Positions 26,897 to 29,501 of a stretch of 29,501 nucleotides of DNA are shown in pieces (position 1 is the first letter of the stretch; each line of letters begins with the position of its first letter). The notes under the pieces were generated by a model, which saw only the letters and a list, made by a program, of their open reading frames with translations, was not told the DNA's origin and ran no database searches. Both the position numbers and the translations under genes were made by a program. Source of the stretch: Nostoc sp. DedSLP01 (lineage in GTDB: Bacteria; Cyanobacteriota; Cyanobacteriia; Cyanobacteriales; Nostocaceae); contig JAVRCJ020000062.1 in NCBI GenBank assembly GCA_034530875.2, forward strand, positions 1 to 29,501, read 5' to 3'.

Positions 26897-29501
26897 TTAA
26901 TCGCAAGTCCTACTCAAGATTAGTTGCCCATCAGGTAATCGGTACAACCCTTGTGCTTCAATGATGGGGTCGCCTTTTTTCCAAGGACGCGATGTTGGTT
27001 CAATATTACGTACTTCACCAGTTGAATAGTCAGACATTAATGCATCGCCTGGGCTATTGCGTAAACCACCAGAACCTGTGATGGTAAAAGAGTTTTCTTG
27101 CCGTTGATTGCCCCGTGAAATGCAGCTATTGGCAATCAGTGCGTTGGTGTCAATTAAGTTTGGTGATATTTGGGTGAAGCTGTTTTGAATAGAACTGTTT
27201 TCGGGAGTATTAAGATTGATTACACCAGTAACACCTGATACCGAATTGGCAGTGATACCACTTTTGTGGGTTTCTTTTGGGTATGGCTCGATTCCAAAGA
27301 TACCTTGCGAGTTGATTTCGATGTTTCCACCATTTCCACGGGAAGCATTAGCACTAATGTCGCTATCCTCACTAGGAAACGCCACTATGAACTTGCTATT
27401 AATAGTAATGTTACCGCCATTACCATCTTGCCCTAGAGTTCCAGCATTTGTGGAAATTTTACTGCCGTTGCGTAGTAATAGTAGGTCTTGCACATTTAGA
27501 GTAATGTTACCGCCAGTATTGCTTTGGGTGTCAGTAGAAATTTTTCCATTATCGAGTGTGAGAAAGCCTGCGGAGAGTTCGATATTACCGCCAACCCCTT
27601 TTCCCTGGCTATTGGCAAAGATACTTGCACCATCGCGAAGTATTAAAGTTTTGGGGTCGATGATGATACTGCCACCCTTGCCAGTAGAATTTTCAGTTGT
27701 GCTAGCAAATATTCCTGTGTTTGAGCCAGAAAGGGTGATGTTATCTTTTACCTTGAGGATGATATTACCTGCTGGGAATTCGTTGGAAGTACTGCTAACA
27801 AGTCGACCACCATTGCTGGAGTTAAAGGTGTTGGCAATAATATCGATAATACCTGCATTTGCGTTTCCTATAGTACTGACATCAAGTAGGGCACCATTGA
27901 GTACCTCAAGCAAGCCAGTGGCAATCGATATACTCCCAGCTTTGCCTGCTTCAATAGAACCGACTTTGCTGAATTCTCTTGTAGAACTCAATGCTCCACT
28001 GGGATCTCCTTTTTTGCTTTCACCATCAAACTTGGTTGTATCTGTGGCAGTAATGGTGACACTGCCCGCATTTCCATTGGCATAAGTACCGACATCAAAG
28101 TAGGCACCATTGGTAACTGCTAGGGAGCCAGTGGTAATCGCTACACTCCCAGCATTGCCTCCTCCTTTAGAAGTGACTCGGCTGAATGCCCCACTGGGAA
28201 ATTTGCCTTCCCCATCAAACTTGGTTGTATCTGTGGCAGTAATGGTGACACTGCCCGCATCTCCTTTGCCATAGGTACTGACATCAAGTCGGGAGCCATT
28301 GAGTACCTCAAGCGAGCCAGTGGTTATCGATACACTTCCAGCGTTGCCTCCTTTTCGAGAATTGACTTGGCTGAATGCTCCACTGGATTCTCTTTTGTTG
28401 CTTTCACCATCAAATTTGATTGCGTCTTTTGCAGTAATGGTGATATTGCCCGCATCTCCTTCGCCATAGGTACTGGCTTCAAAGCGGGCACCATTGAGTA
28501 CCTCAAGCGAGCCAGTGGTAATCGATACATTCCCACCTTTGCCTGCTCCTCTAGAAGCATCACTGGGGGATACTCTTACAGAACCGACTCCGCTGAATAC
28601 TCCACTGGTGAATACTCTATAGGGGTCTGTTTTTTTGCCTTCCCCATCAAACTTGGTTGTATCTGTGGCAGTAATGGTGACACTGCCCGCATCTCCTTTG
28701 CCATAGGTACTGACATCAAAGTTGGCACCACTGGTAACTGCTAGGGAGCCAGTGGTTATCGATATACCCCCACCTTTGCCTTCTCCTTTACCAGTGACTC
28801 GGCTGAATGCCCCACTGGAAAATGTGCCTTCCCCATCAAACTTGATTGCGTCTTTTGCAGTAATGGTGACACTGCCCGCATCTCCTTTACCATAGGTACT
28901 GGCATCAAGTCGGGCACCATTGAGTACCTCAAGCAAGCCAGTGGTAATCGATACACCCCCACCTTTACCTGTTCCATCAGGATTGACTTGGCTGAATGCT
29001 CCACCGGGTTCTCCAGACTTACTTTCACCATCAAACTTGATTGCGTCTTTTGCAATAATGGTGACACTGCCTGCATCTCCTTTGCCAAATGTACTGGTAT
29101 CAAGCCGGGCACCATTGGTAACTGCTAGGGAGCCAGTGGTAATCAATATAGCCCCGGCTTTGCCTGCTCCACTTTTACCGACTTGGTTGAATGCTCCACT
29201 GGGTTCTCCATCCTTGCTTTCACCATCAAACTTGATTGCGTCTGTGGCATTAACTGTAATATCTCCTGCCTGAAACTCTGGTGTACCCGAACCTTCAGGG
29301 ATACCAGTTAAAAGTTGACTCCCTTGTGTTACCTCGAAATTTTGGGCATTAACTGTAATCGAGCCGCCCCCACCCGCACGCACATCAACTTTTGCCGCAT
29401 TATTTATTGATATATCTGCTCTGGCTAGATTATTTGGAAAACTCAAACTGCCATCACTATTCAACTCAACCGTTCCGGCTGTTGAAACACCGCCTAACTC
29501 A
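26897..29501 (-). CDS. Filamentous haemagglutinin-like exoprotein (TpsA-like) #3, 5' end outside the window, paralogue of #2
   Basis: The frame is open to the edge (ELGGVSTAGTVELNSDG aligns with ELGGVSAAGTIGLNGDG of #2). It has seven KFDGE repeats and a C-terminus nearly identical to #2. Confidence 0.92.
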   Translation of the reverse strand, partial: ELGGVSTAGTVELNSDGSLSFPNNLARADISINNAAKVDVRAGGGGSITVNAQNFEVTQGSQLLTGIPEGSGTPEFQAGDITVNATDAIKFDGESKDGEPSGAFNQVGKSGAGKAGAILITTGSLAVTNGARLDTSTFGKGDAGSVTIIAKDAIKFDGESKSGEPGGAFSQVNPDGTGKGGGVSITTGLLEVLNGARLDASTYGKGDAGSVTITAKDAIKFDGEGTFSSGAFSRVTGKGEGKGGGISITTGSLAVTSGANFDVSTYGKGDAGSVTITATDTTKFDGEGKKTDPYRVFTSGVFSGVGSVRVSPSDASRGAGKGGNVSITTGSLEVLNGARFEASTYGEGDAGNITITAKDAIKFDGESNKRESSGAFSQVNSRKGGNAGSVSITTGSLEVLNGSRLDVSTYGKGDAGSVTITATDTTKFDGEGKFPSGAFSRVTSKGGGNAGSVAITTGSLAVTNGAYFDVGTYANGNAGSVTITATDTTKFDGESKKGDPSGALSSTREFSKVGSIEAGKAGSISIATGLLEVLNGALLDVSTIGNANAGIIDIIANTFNSSNGGRLVSSTSNEFPAGNIILKVKDNITLSGSNTGIFASTTENSTGKGGSIIIDPKTLILRDGASIFANSQGKGVGGNIELSAGFLTLDNGKISTDTQSNTGGNITLNVQDLLLLRNGSKISTNAGTLGQDGNGGNITINSKFIVAFPSEDSDISANASRGNGGNIEINSQGIFGIEPYPKETHKSGITANSVSGVTGVINLNTPENSSIQNSFTQISPNLIDTNALIANSCISRGNQRQENSFTITGSGGLRNSPGDALMSDYSTGEVRNIEPTSRPWKKGDPIIEAQGLYRLPDGQLILSRTCD

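Noticed and set aside
22746..27199. Diversity-generating retroelement TR/VR pair
   Set aside because: There is no reverse transcriptase, both copies are coding, and the mismatches are not adenine-specific.
27216..28085. Long plus-strand ORF (289 aa) and similar antisense ORFs at 6386, 23500, 23827 and 28920
   Set aside because: They are antisense shadows of the Gly/Asn/Thr-rich TpsA genes with no recognisable motifs.

Overview
Accessory DNA from a filamentous cyanobacterium (Nostoc/Anabaena-like: many HIP1 GCGATCGC octamers, heptamer tandem repeats, small dispersed repeats), probably plasmid-derived. The left 3 kb holds a decayed parM/parR-type partition locus, a broken IS5-family transposase, a GNAT acetyltransferase and a small Zn-ribbon gene. 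The rest is one secretion/signalling island. It contains a signal-peptide TPR-CHAT protease, three filamentous-haemagglutinin-like (TpsA) exoproteins and one TpsB pore. It also has three small paralogues, each a double-glycine leader fused to a cationic single beta/gamma-crystallin-like domain and each preceded by copies of a 72-bp hairpin-containing repeat, followed by a C39-peptidase ABC transporter and an HlyD adaptor. Converging on these is a sigma factor / DUF1822 / CHAT-TM-CHASE2 operon. A shortened HetZ-related gene and a lone HTH ORF lie between the last two TpsA genes. The best novelty candidate is PCAT export of crystallin-fold proteins from tandemly amplified promoter-like units, possibly controlled by a caspase-like protease / anti-sigma / sigma cascade. 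Family calls come from motif recognition by eye; no database searches were run.
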